Origin: a virus
Virus record (IMG/VR): IMGVR_UViG_3300044539_000111
Location: 50,201-114,200 of that record
Length of the DNA: 64,000 nucleotides
Reading direction: 5' to 3' (one strand)
Shown here: positions 12,101 to 21,400 of the stretch, piece by piece
Numbering within the stretch: the stretch's first letter is position 1
Layout of the letters: every line of letters starts with the position of its first letter
Position numbers and translations under genes: made by a program
Notes under the pieces: generated by a model
What the model was told of the DNA's origin: nothing
Seen by the model: only the letters and a program-made list of their open reading frames with translations
Database searches by the model: none

Positions 12101-15100
12101 TTTAAGAGCAATGTCTTCCAACAATCTATCTCTTAAAACATTTTGCATTTCATCTAAGGTGCTAGTATAGTCTTGATACCATTGCCATTTTTTAGATTGT
12201 TTTAACTTATCATTTTTAGACAATGCTTCCCATGCATCTTTTTTGTTTTTCTTACCTGTGTATTTAAAGTCAGTAGGAACACCGCCATCTAAAATACCAA
12301 TCAAAGCAATTTTTCTTACTTGAGTTGGTAAAGTAATATGTTCTTTATATCCTTCATCTAAAAAAATTTGACTCTTTAAATACTTGACATGAATTACATT
12401 TGGCGTAAACTGAATATCTACATTAAATTCTCTTTTGCTTGCATCATAAAAATTATCAAAATCAGCAACAATCTCTTTACCTTTTTCTGTTTCAACAACT
12501 TTTACTTTTGAAAGAGAAGATAGTTTAGATCCAGATTCCATTGTCACATAATCAATTCCTTGCTCCATCATTTTTTCATGCATGATTTGCAAAGGAGTTC
12601 CTTCTATTAATGCAGGAATTAATGGCATCAATGAGTACTTATGAAATGCAGAATGACCTAAAGTAATTCCTAAATCTTTTAGTATTTTTTCAGATTTTGG
12701 ATTTGAAACATTACCATAGTACTGAAACTTTCTAACAGGAAATGTAGCAATCATATCCTCTTGTGTCAACTTAGTTCCCGCAAGCATTTTTTGATACATT
12801 TTTTCTTGAGCATCTGACCACTCACCAATTGAATCATTTAGTATTCGGTATGCATCAAATGATAACCATCCCTGGCCATCAGCTTCTTTCATGTTATTAT
12901 AATCAGCCGTGTCTACACCTAAAAGTTTTTGATAATGATCTATGTAAATAGAATTAGATTTAGCTTCTTTTATAATAGCTGTTTGTAAAAAACCAGTGTA
13001 CTCATAACTTAAAGTAATAGATGGTTTTTCTTTGTTATGTTTTTTAGCAAACCCGTAAGCATTGTACTGTGTGGAATTTATGTACTTCATCCAAACTCCA
13101 TCATGTCTAAAGATTTTACCAGTAGAAATTAGTCCAGCAATACGTTTGTGAAAAGCTTCCCCCTCTACATCGTGTACTGTTACATCTCCTAAAAACAAAG
13201 CATTGTAGTTCAAGTTTTGAATAAAGTTGTTCATCAAAAACACCTTAATCATTTTTTCTTTTACTGCTTCTTTGTTTTCAGCTTCAGATAACTCAGGATC
13301 TGATTCTATTTCTTTAGCGTATGATTCAAATAAACTGTCACCAATAACTAACTTACCACCTAACTCATCATTTAACTTTGTAGTTTCCTTTTTAAAGTAA
13401 TCAATCAATGCATTTTCAACTCTAGTTTTTAACTCTGGAGATAAAGCATCAATTGAAAAACTTCCTTTTCCTTTAGCATTTTCTGATTCAGAAATTACAG
13501 AGTTGATGTCAAATGCCAACAAGTCTTTTTTCAAGTTTTTATCAAAGCTTTCATCAAAAATTTTATCAAATACAAACCAGTCGCCACCACGGTTTAATTG
13601 AGCTACATCTATAGCAAGATCTTCAGGTTTAATCTCACCTGACAAAATCATTGATTGCAATTTTTTTATTTGCTGTATTCTTATAAGTTCTGCAGCTAAA
13701 TGATTTTTAAATTCTGTAAAAAGAATTTCTCCTTTGTATCCTTCAGCAAAAATCTTTTCAGATTCATTTATATTGATAAGAAGATTGGTATTCTTTCTTC
13801 TCCCGTCACTTTTAACAGCCGGTACATAAACAGTCATTGATGTTGACTTAGCTTCTGTACGCATGATTTCCTGTTTACCTTCAAGAGTTAAATGAAAATC
13901 AGAAATAAACTTTGATTTTTCATCAGTTTCCATTGAAGCAACACCGTTGTCATACTCTAAAGTAACGCGCTTGTCTGTAACATCTCCAGTTTCAGCATTG
14001 ATGTCTTCAACCCAGTATTCTTCTTTAGAAATAAGTTTTGATCCAGATAAATTTTCAGTGCTAATTTTAATTGAGTAATCTCTATTACCTCTTTTTGTTT
14101 TAGAATGGACAGCTGGATCTAATTGGAACATGTCAATCAGCCACCTAGAAGCAGCAGCTTGAGGATTTGTGTATGGATTTAAATACTCCAATCCTTTTGT
14201 GTTGATTATATCATTGATGTGATCAGCATTATTTAAAGCTGCAGTTAGGCTTAACAAACTTGAATTAAATGATTTCTCACTTTGTAAATCACCATTAGCA
14301 TTATAACTTGAAAAGTTTGTGTAGTCATTTGAGTAAACATAATGCAACTCACGAAGTTGTGTTAAGTAACCTGTAAGACTTGGTTGTGTTTGCAGTTTAC
14401 CAGTTTCATCAAAATACATAAACGGTTTAAACACATCTGAAAGACTTGTTATAAACTTTGCATTTGGATCTAAAGATGGAACTTTGTCTTCATTAAAAAC
14501 AACTTTACTCATTCTATTTTTTAACGCCTCAACAATATAAGTTGAGATTGCAGGACTTGTTCCTAAAGTTGAATCGCCTTCAAATAAAACTTGTCTAACA
14601 TCAGAGTCATCTACTAAATCAATACCAAGGGCCGCAAACAACAAGTAAGGATCAGCAATAGCTTTTACATAAGGAGTCCTGGAATATCGACTACTCTTAG
14701 ATCTGATTGGATCATATTGAGATTTTAATAATGTTTTACCACCTCCCTCAATTAAAGCATAATAAAGATCTTCGTCATTTGCTAAATCATCTAACAGTGA
14801 TTCAATGTCAAACACAGGATTACCTTCTTTGTTTGTTGATGAATACTCTCCTGTTAGTGCCATAGTTTTAAAATTAGCACCCCACTGTCTTTCTATTTGA
14901 ATACTTTGAGATTGAGATTTTCCAGACTTAGAAGTTAACTTGACAGTTCTTTCATCATCAATGTTTGTAATGTCTTCTCTTTCTAAAATAAATTCTCTCA
15001 ATAAAACATCTGCTTTATTAAATGACTGCCAGAAATCAGACCATTGACGGTGTTCCATTGAAGTCATAGTGTCTGCAAATTCTAACTCTGATATATCACC

Positions 15101-18100
15101 TAACCTTCTAAAGACTTGATCTATTTCTTTGTCATTCTTTGCCGCATCTTTTAATGCAGTTGCCATATCCATAGCATCCGGCATATTGCGCAAAAGCTTA
15201 GCCACTTTTGCAATAGCATTTTTAACAGGAAGAACTTCCTTAAATCCTAATGCATTCAATTGCACCACACCTTTACCTTGTTCAGAATAAGCAAAGATAG
15301 AATCTAAAAGAGCTTTAGTTCCTTTTTCAATTGTGTCATCAAATAACTGATCGTTACCAGTTCTATCCCACATTGGAACATAAATATCTTCTTCTAAAGC
15401 CTTAGCTTCATATTCATCCTGATATACTTCTTTACCTAAAACTAAATTACTGTAAGACTTTAAGAACAATGGAAGCAATGTTCTTTCAACTTGCTGTCCA
15501 TCATTTTGTTTTTCTTTAATAGCAACATTAAGGTCTGTTAGTTTTCCAAAATTATCAGGCTTAATTGCTTTTTCAAGTAGTTCTTTTTGGAATTTCAATT
15601 TAGTGCTTTCACTTAAATCTCTTGCAGATTTATCTTTTATATCTGCAATAGCAGCAATCTTAACATTTGTTTCAGCAAGTTTTTGTTTAAACCGAGCTAA
15701 AATATATTTACTCATAAGGTTTAGCATCTCTGGATTAGAAACTAAAGTAAATACACCTGCTCCACTTCTAATTGATGTTTCAGAAATGTTTTCTAACTGA
15801 GTAGCCAACTCAATATATTCCTGAGATGATTCAGGATACTGTGTCATTTTTGCTAATAATGTTGTAGCATTTTTTCTATCAGTTGCATTTTGAGAAACAT
15901 TCAAACCTTGTGTAACAAAATCAGACATTACTGATTTCATACTAGACATTACATCATGCATTTCCTCTAATGAAAATGTATCACCTGTTGTAGTTTTTAT
16001 TTCAGATGACATCCATTTAGTTTCTGCATTTTGTATGTTAAACATGTCCGCAGTAAAATCACCTTTAAACAATCTTGTAAACATTGCATCAGTAATACCT
16101 TGTGTTTTGTTAAAAGCTTTTGCTTCAGCAAAACTCATGTTTCCAAATACATTCTTTAAAAGAGAAAGCAATTTTTGAAAAAATGCCATTACTTTGTTGT
16201 TGCTAAATGTAGTTTTTTTACCACCAGCCATAGCAAACTCTCTAAACTTTTCAGCTAAGAACTCTTCTAGTTCTAAATTTGTTGCATCATCGTAAGGCAC
16301 AACTTTAGATACACCCTCTACAGTTACTGTAAAGTATCCTGGAGTTTTTCTAAGTGTGTCATATATTTCTTTTCTTTCCGCAGGTGATAATATTCCATCA
16401 AAATAAGCATGGAACGCTTCATGGTACAAATCTGTAGGTGAAGATCCAAGATATAAATTAATAGAGTTGCCAATAAAGTTTGCCAAATAGTTTGGACCAA
16501 ACTCACTGACTTTGTTTAAGATATTAACATTGACTACATTCTTTAATGGGCTCTTTTCCCACCACTCAGACACACTTTTGTCTTGTTCTTTTGTAGATTG
16601 AAGTAAGTTATTTCTTTGTGGAACTGACCGCCATTTGACATTATCAAAATCACTAGAATTAAAATCAGATTCTTCATTGTCTATCATAGCATCATACCCA
16701 TCTTTAAAAGCAAGGTAAGAGCCTAATCCAATTAATTTATTTTCAGCTGTAGGTACTATGGTTGTATAACCATGTTTTATTACATGTGAACCAATTGAAA
16801 CTTGTTCACCTAAAATAATAACACCATTTTCTAATTTAGTTGGAACTATATAAATTAAATCATTCATAGAAGCACCTGTTCTATTTGCAAAAGATCTTCT
16901 TAATCCAGCAGCCTCAAATAAGTTACCATCAGCATCTGTATAGTATTCACCCAAATAAGCTTCCTCTAATGATTTTTTTGGAGTAGGTTCTTCAGCATTT
17001 AATTTACGGTTTACAGGTTTTCCATATTTTGCATTAGTCCATTCTTTTAATTTTTCTAAAGTCAAAGAAGATGCTTCAATTGGTTTTTGGTTTAAAAAAC
17101 GCAACATCATTACTTTATCTTTGCCTGTCCCTTCATAGAAATATTCAAATGGATTATTAAGCCATGTTTTACCTTTTAATAAATTAGAACTATCAATAAA
17201 AAAATGAATAAGATCTTTTCTTAACCCATTAGCATTTTTATCTGAAACAACTCTGTCTTTAATTTTAAGTTCAGGAGTAGTTAAAATATGGTGCAACAAT
17301 TCTAACTCATCTTCTGTTAAAGTTGATAAAGGTTTTCCAAAAACTCTTTCTTCTTTGTTAGTATTTTGTACAGCTAATACAGGATAAAATTGATTTGTTT
17401 GAGGTGATTGTTTTAATGTAGTAAGCCCATCAGCCGCAGATGTACTAATATTTGATACTTCTGAAAGTGGTGTTTGAATATTTCTATTTAAAGCAATTAT
17501 ACCAATTGAACTTCTTGATAAGTCAATATTCATAAACACAGTAGTACCTGCTTTAGCTTTAGTTAAAGATGCTTCAAAAGATTTAACAAATTTATCAACT
17601 TGTGCTTTTGCTTGTGCTTTTGCTTGTAACTCAACTGTTCCTGATTGTATCAAACTTTGCGCAATCATTCTTTCTTGATACTGTAAAGCTTCTCTATTTG
17701 TTTTTACAGTAAATGCAACAAACTTACCATCCTTATTTAAGTTACCATCAGAATCAAAAGTTGCTACATTGTTGTTAGAATCAATTAAAATTAATACTGG
17801 CAAGTTTGGATCTGTAGTTCCTGTAGTGTTATCAAAGTTTTGTTCACTTTGAATTGCACCAAGTGTAGTAATTTTAAATTTTAAAGCTGCCGCATTTTGC
17901 TTGTTAAGAATATTCCGAGCAACCTTAAACTCCAATTCTTTTCTTGGATCTAAAATGTTTTCAGCATAACTATTTAAAATTGGATTATAAATGGCCTCCT
18001 GATTACTAGTCTTAGCCAACTCCATAGATACTGCTTCAAATCTATCCAGCGGATCTTCTTCTGTAACAACAACATCACTGTTGTTTCCAATAAATCCTCC

Positions 18101-18448
18101 AAATCTATCAATAACATTTTGGAATTTGTTTGTGCTTTCATCTTCAGCCGCATTCATCACTTGTAAAGCAAGATCTCTAAAAAGAGGTAGTGACTTTGCA
18201 TTTGTTAATTTTGGATTGTCAGAGGTGTGTTTTAATACAATCTGAGGAATAATGCTCATGTGTTGAAGCACCAATTCTTTATTTCTATCTGCGGTTAATC
18301 CATTTCCACTAAAAACAGTTAAAGCATCATTGAACAATTCATTCAATAATGCTTCACCTGATTTGTCATTTGTTAACCTCTCGCCTAATTTTCTATTTAT
18401 GAATGAACCAAATAATTTAATTGACTCCGGAGTAATACAAATATTCAT
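6107..18448 (-). CDS. Virion-packaged single-chain DNA-dependent RNA polymerase (crAss-type, 4113 aa) with zincin domain and C-terminal accessory domains
   Basis: Catalytic DxDxD motif SGADFDIDK (DFDID at 11330-11344), preceded by RIPTQGPNS. Further conserved-looking blocks include KRIAGLISTG, ADGQGWL and SQLINGFVDVAKD. HEAFH zincin motif at 16409-16423. Matches the phi14:2 gp66-type RNAP architecture. Confidence 0.92.
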   Translation of the reverse strand: MNICITPESIKLFGSFINRKLGERLTNDKSGEALLNELFNDALTVFSGNGLTADRNKELVLQHMSIIPQIVLKHTSDNPKLTNAKSLPLFRDLALQVMNAAEDESTNKFQNVIDRFGGFIGNNSDVVVTEEDPLDRFEAVSMELAKTSNQEAIYNPILNSYAENILDPRKELEFKVARNILNKQNAAALKFKITTLGAIQSEQNFDNTTGTTDPNLPVLILIDSNNNVATFDSDGNLNKDGKFVAFTVKTNREALQYQERMIAQSLIQSGTVELQAKAQAKAQVDKFVKSFEASLTKAKAGTTVFMNIDLSRSSIGIIALNRNIQTPLSEVSNISTSAADGLTTLKQSPQTNQFYPVLAVQNTNKEERVFGKPLSTLTEDELELLHHILTTPELKIKDRVVSDKNANGLRKDLIHFFIDSSNLLKGKTWLNNPFEYFYEGTGKDKVMMLRFLNQKPIEASSLTLEKLKEWTNAKYGKPVNRKLNAEEPTPKKSLEEAYLGEYYTDADGNLFEAAGLRRSFANRTGASMNDLIYIVPTKLENGVIILGEQVSIGSHVIKHGYTTIVPTAENKLIGLGSYLAFKDGYDAMIDNEESDFNSSDFDNVKWRSVPQRNNLLQSTKEQDKSVSEWWEKSPLKNVVNVNILNKVSEFGPNYLANFIGNSINLYLGSSPTDLYHEAFHAYFDGILSPAERKEIYDTLRKTPGYFTVTVEGVSKVVPYDDATNLELEEFLAEKFREFAMAGGKKTTFSNNKVMAFFQKLLSLLKNVFGNMSFAEAKAFNKTQGITDAMFTRLFKGDFTADMFNIQNAETKWMSSEIKTTTGDTFSLEEMHDVMSSMKSVMSDFVTQGLNVSQNATDRKNATTLLAKMTQYPESSQEYIELATQLENISETSIRSGAGVFTLVSNPEMLNLMSKYILARFKQKLAETNVKIAAIADIKDKSARDLSESTKLKFQKELLEKAIKPDNFGKLTDLNVAIKEKQNDGQQVERTLLPLFLKSYSNLVLGKEVYQDEYEAKALEEDIYVPMWDRTGNDQLFDDTIEKGTKALLDSIFAYSEQGKGVVQLNALGFKEVLPVKNAIAKVAKLLRNMPDAMDMATALKDAAKNDKEIDQVFRRLGDISELEFADTMTSMEHRQWSDFWQSFNKADVLLREFILEREDITNIDDERTVKLTSKSGKSQSQSIQIERQWGANFKTMALTGEYSSTNKEGNPVFDIESLLDDLANDEDLYYALIEGGGKTLLKSQYDPIRSKSSRYSRTPYVKAIADPYLLFAALGIDLVDDSDVRQVLFEGDSTLGTSPAISTYIVEALKNRMSKVVFNEDKVPSLDPNAKFITSLSDVFKPFMYFDETGKLQTQPSLTGYLTQLRELHYVYSNDYTNFSSYNANGDLQSEKSFNSSLLSLTAALNNADHINDIINTKGLEYLNPYTNPQAAASRWLIDMFQLDPAVHSKTKRGNRDYSIKISTENLSGSKLISKEEYWVEDINAETGDVTDKRVTLEYDNGVASMETDEKSKFISDFHLTLEGKQEIMRTEAKSTSMTVYVPAVKSDGRRKNTNLLININESEKIFAEGYKGEILFTEFKNHLAAELIRIQQIKKLQSMILSGEIKPEDLAIDVAQLNRGGDWFVFDKIFDESFDKNLKKDLLAFDINSVISESENAKGKGSFSIDALSPELKTRVENALIDYFKKETTKLNDELGGKLVIGDSLFESYAKEIESDPELSEAENKEAVKEKMIKVFLMNNFIQNLNYNALFLGDVTVHDVEGEAFHKRIAGLISTGKIFRHDGVWMKYINSTQYNAYGFAKKHNKEKPSITLSYEYTGFLQTAIIKEAKSNSIYIDHYQKLLGVDTADYNNMKEADGQGWLSFDAYRILNDSIGEWSDAQEKMYQKMLAGTKLTQEDMIATFPVRKFQYYGNVSNPKSEKILKDLGITLGHSAFHKYSLMPLIPALIEGTPLQIMHEKMMEQGIDYVTMESGSKLSSLSKVKVVETEKGKEIVADFDNFYDASKREFNVDIQFTPNVIHVKYLKSQIFLDEGYKEHITLPTQVRKIALIGILDGGVPTDFKYTGKKNKKDAWEALSKNDKLKQSKKWQWYQDYTSTLDEMQNVLRDRLLEDIALKEDTVNGQKTYTGDSSKLANYLREKLKSKEVLPEEISYLIKPDGTLIDDLSLSLISDKLEELLVTLVDKTLRRITVNGEALVQVAGTMFEKFQVTGGISVSEEMLKSSNQAALLKNGSNGLKFYFLQDEFGNEVLDNDGKAIVKGMDVKISLQGDFKKLLYTENVKGEKIAVYTEDENGKKVLDYNASLQRLNDAIKTTYWQNKYGELIKLPGVRIPTQGPNSLVAATVAEFLPEFAGPTIILPTEIVSQSGADFDIDKLFMMFMNIRNYNGSVEAVKYSSSNRTYEEIRESIEKEEPKLEKANTALQKNWKEYTDYLVEKEGLNEYVGAFYGEISDLQVDIDALYAEKKSVYENKDYDYEFQEKLHGELQKQIDEKVNQKLTLLSFAQSETNAFFDTVIKNKADRMAVVKENYLEFMSKIEKSQEAVDAIKVNIANFQRERDGKGVKGLENRFFDLLNERVLMNDNLKHLITPNTTKDTEGPSRDAGKLTKKNYNKIQKNGKISNTSIFEYRFNLLKHQENSVGKDSLGIAAVTSTFYALFTTFGATLQETSNEDQAKFVKALELLQDFGKANTPQYAAALKTVDTFSNKKLNFVTDAGTPGFNLNVEKNAITLGAMKNVDGLEISDILSQLINGFVDVAKDAWIFDAQGTKETAPVLLFMVMAGMNVTSAINMVNNPLVLEFNQVLEEYKGVFAALSEDYEKGKTDTLGKAAEVLSKKYANVFSDPTNVTKASSLGSFNRIANTAKPFTNEDIANRLGQEPNYRDMEILSHFLQIKQMAQALTDFTMVSKFDTQKISNISEAQARIESIEEFKLIPIAEKMIPDAWFDKLKDTPVGKFNNDEFIVDLFSKYFKLRNNKALILRSLDLKRPKGVDQRKLLADFKNDFLWFLYQNAVYNDNSYTTSPTKFIKGDTEKIDIVGKSYTLVEDASVEFGMDINEETGEVRYSPDVYFKEANMLEFMPFRKFFNNALPKEWVKFRLEYSNLSKVAETLTVDEFKEKFKVFDQPKRTFMNQGFEQGKLIILGRAALYNTGNVSAMFDISTGAASVVQNLKALYPELENYALFRDVKYDFNESAKKNNIYFPQVKDPQMASIYRENIQELKNSPHPEVKNFINKLNHLAIMQSGVNRASKYSMLPIIDQSYFEQAITNQIGLPYIYQVLDELQKSFDQRENRKEIDAQIIDQFKNLYQGMIVGTGMRMKVRGANYLVDKLKFSKDIKLKESKVRASNITKIPLAKAITAEQKELKLEYFYNDESMTPLAFAESIQNMEWVIRDQKFIAPEGKSQKELDKALLILGIDNSGDLPSLRYKTKNAKKGFLSVAQSNVFKEKFAIKDEAMANSATKAIGKATTPLNSKYESSSAAYAAALESFHPGTLAKPKSAKTEFVPTDKVWVFGSTITQNAYLGKKKEEFVTAVEKTFDAYHKPLIDKAVEAGVSSFFVGTASGIDDMAVKHLEGLGFKKVIRYSELGTYNEMISAKAFESVTDPMYDPKLTDTRTANSNVFNELLDILYDDINRKTPEWFTKLTQSELINNGKEIVKEQLRSIIADLDTSYKKNNYVGFRVKFINELKFSSGRIVVGKTLFDSLVEETLMEYRQAVLTSSAKLNQTPVPVKTKSAAQNIYEQLGDKTKSENVVLPSDLDVNTTYTGKNFWNDIVPEARSLFDNKMNRKTGKLKTMIIAFRGNSKKSFLQNYKDGLTLGNPFDWQDEQTSRDEAGKISTMKFIHWMTTGENLGNANATEEYRQAIINDIASGKIKGSSILYYQEKGYATHATALDYLINQHDWSAPTTQLSTGVVEKTDKIILRSELKANPATLYLFGDNDIRKGLGGQAKEMRDEPNAIGISTKKLPARGEEAYKSDKELQENKKIITEDINKAIAEWNTGKYSKLIIPQMGVGLAELPTRAPETYKFLQEELKRLEDNITQLKQAGSLTFNTLPFTAEQKQTILVNFAKKLTVSLQKEHTVADAKQYIEEALAKGNDLVQKIIIEKLKACYK

Positions 18449-18453
18449 GCTAG

Positions 18454-21400
18454 TTATGTTTTACATTTTGTTGTTTCTTCTTTCAAACTGGAGATGAGTT
18501 TATCTTCTGATAATGAATTAGCCTCTCCCATATAGGTAGTAAAGTTATTTAAAATATCAGTATAAGCACTCTTAATATAGTCAAATTCTTTGACTTTCAC
18601 AATAGAATCAATGTTTAAATTTGCAACATCAGTATTCACTGGAACTTCTTTTTCAATGCCATTTAAAAATGCATCTATTTCAAAATTCAAATACTCAGAC
18701 AAGTTATTTACATCTTGCAACACTACCATTCTTTTTTGATACCCCGCAATTCTATAAACTTTACCATTAATTTGAACAGACTTTCCTCTGTAGTGACCTT
18801 CAGATATTTTAGCTCTAATTATTGCCTCATTCCTATTTTCAGTTTTTTCACCAAAAGCAAATTTGCCATTAGTTACTAATCTAAATACAGCAGCTGCAAA
18901 AGCAATATCTGTTTTCTTATCCTTATTTAAATTATCCCAAGCATATTCAATTGCATTTGGTAAAGCGCCTCGCGTTGGAATAGAAGCCAAAGAATCCAAT
19001 TCATCTAAGTATAAATCAACTTCTGTTTTTTCAGGTTTTTCTGTATCCTTATTTTCAAATATAGATTCTGTGTCAGTTTCTTCTTCAACCTCTTCAACGT
19101 CTTCTTCTTCTGAACCAACTTCTTTTAACTCGGATCCTGCATCTGATAAATCATTTTCATCACCTGTAAACTCATCATTTAGTAATTCAAATTCTTGAGA
19201 ATTGTAATACTCATCTAATAATTTTGCTTCAGATTCTAATGCTTCTTGACCTTCTTCAGTTTGTAAAAACTTTAAGTGAGCAAGATATTCAGCTGATTCA
19301 TCTGCAGACATTCCTTTTTCTTCTAGCTCTTGCAAAAACAATCTTTCATCTGCTTCTTCATTACTGATTCCTCTATTTTGATCTTCAGCTTTAGATTGAT
19401 CGCTTTGTACTTGATCTACTAAATTTCTAACAGCATTGGATAGACTTGAATACTTCATTAAAAAAGCTTCAAGGGCATTAGCCGCCATAGCACCATCTAT
19501 TCCAGTTGTAGTTACATCAAAATTTTGTGATTCTAAAATAGATACAGATGCACTATCAAAACTTGCTTTTGAATCCGCAGCACTTTCACTTGCTATTCCT
19601 TTCCAGTCTTTTACTTCAGACGCATTTTCTCCAAATACTTGTTCTAAAGCACTAGGCTTAATTTTTCCCCCCTGTAAGAAATACATAGCAATAGCTACTT
19701 CTAAATCAAAAGCAGAAGGGCTTCCTGTGTTTACTTCATAAGAACCCAAAATCTTTTTACTTGAACCATACGCTCCAGGAGGGGTTATTCTTTTTGTAGA
19801 TTTTACTTTTTGAATAACATACATGGAAGACATAGTAGCATTTTTACCAGAACGCGTAGCTCTAATTCTAAATTTGCTGTCAGCATTGTATAAAGCTAAG
19901 TTGATTTTATTAACCACTTCAGGATACAACTTTTTTTCTTTTTCTAACTTTCTAAATAAAGAATAAAGTTTTAAATGTGTAGTCTTAGATCCTCTTTCAA
20001 ACCCAAAATCTTTTGTGTTAAAAAACTTAATGTCTGTAATTCTACTTTTTAGAATGTCATTAACTGCATCTAAAAATTCTTGTCTAGGTAAAGTAAATAT
20101 CTCAGGATGATATGTAGTAATAAACTTGACCATTCCATTTTGTGGAATACGCATTTTTATTTCCTTGCCGTAGCTAGTTTTAAATGGTATAACAGGCAAC
20201 ATCAAGAAATCTAGATTACCTTTAATCTGTTTATTGACACGGGCTTCCTCTTTCTGTTGTTCTATATCTGCAAGCTTCTGTTCTTTCTGAGCTTGTACCA
20301 ATTTTTTATTGTTGATAAATGCTACAATGTCATTAACTGTAAAATCAATTAAGGCGTTGCTTTTATCTTTCAGCTTGGCTACAAGTTGGCTAATTTCTTT
20401 AGGAGAAAGGATTGAATAATCATAGTCCTTTAAAACACTTTTTAAAATGTCTTCATCACTAACCTTTGGTCTAGCTGCTCTTTTTTGTTTTTTAGCTTGA
20501 CGAGCAGCTATTCTATTTTGTTGCTGTTGTTGTTTTAATTTCAACTTAGCATCTTCAACTTTTTGATTATTTAACTTTAGTTCTTTAGCTCCTAACTCAG
20601 TATCTTGTTGATCTAATCTTAATTTAGAAAATGCAGAAATAACAGAAATGTATTTAGGATTAGACTTCATTTCAGCCTTAATTACAATAACATCTGCATC
20701 ATTTAATTTATTCAATGCCTTACCAAACAAATCAGCTAATTCATTTCTTAAACTTTGAGGAATATCCATCCAAGGAGTTTCACTAGAAATTATTTCATTT
20801 CCATTGTAGTCAAAAGCTGGAACATACTGTGCATCATTATTTAAAATTTCAGCCTCTTCACCAATTTCAGATAAACCAGCTTGTAAATTATTTAGTTGTT
20901 GATACAAGTCATTGATGTCAATAGCTAAAAGATTCTGTTTGTTTATTGCTTTTCTTTTTTGAATCAATGATAATTTACCTGTGTTTATTTCTTCAGTGAC
21001 TTTATCATACTCAACTTCTAGTTTTGCAATTTCATTTTTTACTGAATCAAGATCATCTAAAATTTCAGTCCTAGATTGATAAGATGTTTCAGCTTGAATT
21101 TCATTTTCTGGTTCTTGTTCTTCTGCTGGGATTTCTTCTTCAACTACAGTTTCTTCTTCAATGTCCCTTGAGATTTGTTCAGTAACCCAGTTTTCCGGTT
21201 CAGTAAACAAGTTTGGTTCCATTATTTTTAGCTCTCTATCTATGTCAGCAAATGTTACACTTCCATATTTATTAAATTTAGGATCTTGTCCCTTGTGAAA
21301 AGCTTTAACAAACCATTCTATTTCTTTGCCCTCATCATTTATAGCTTTTCCTATAGCTATTAATGGAACCCACTCACCGGCAGATGCCGCAGTTGAACCT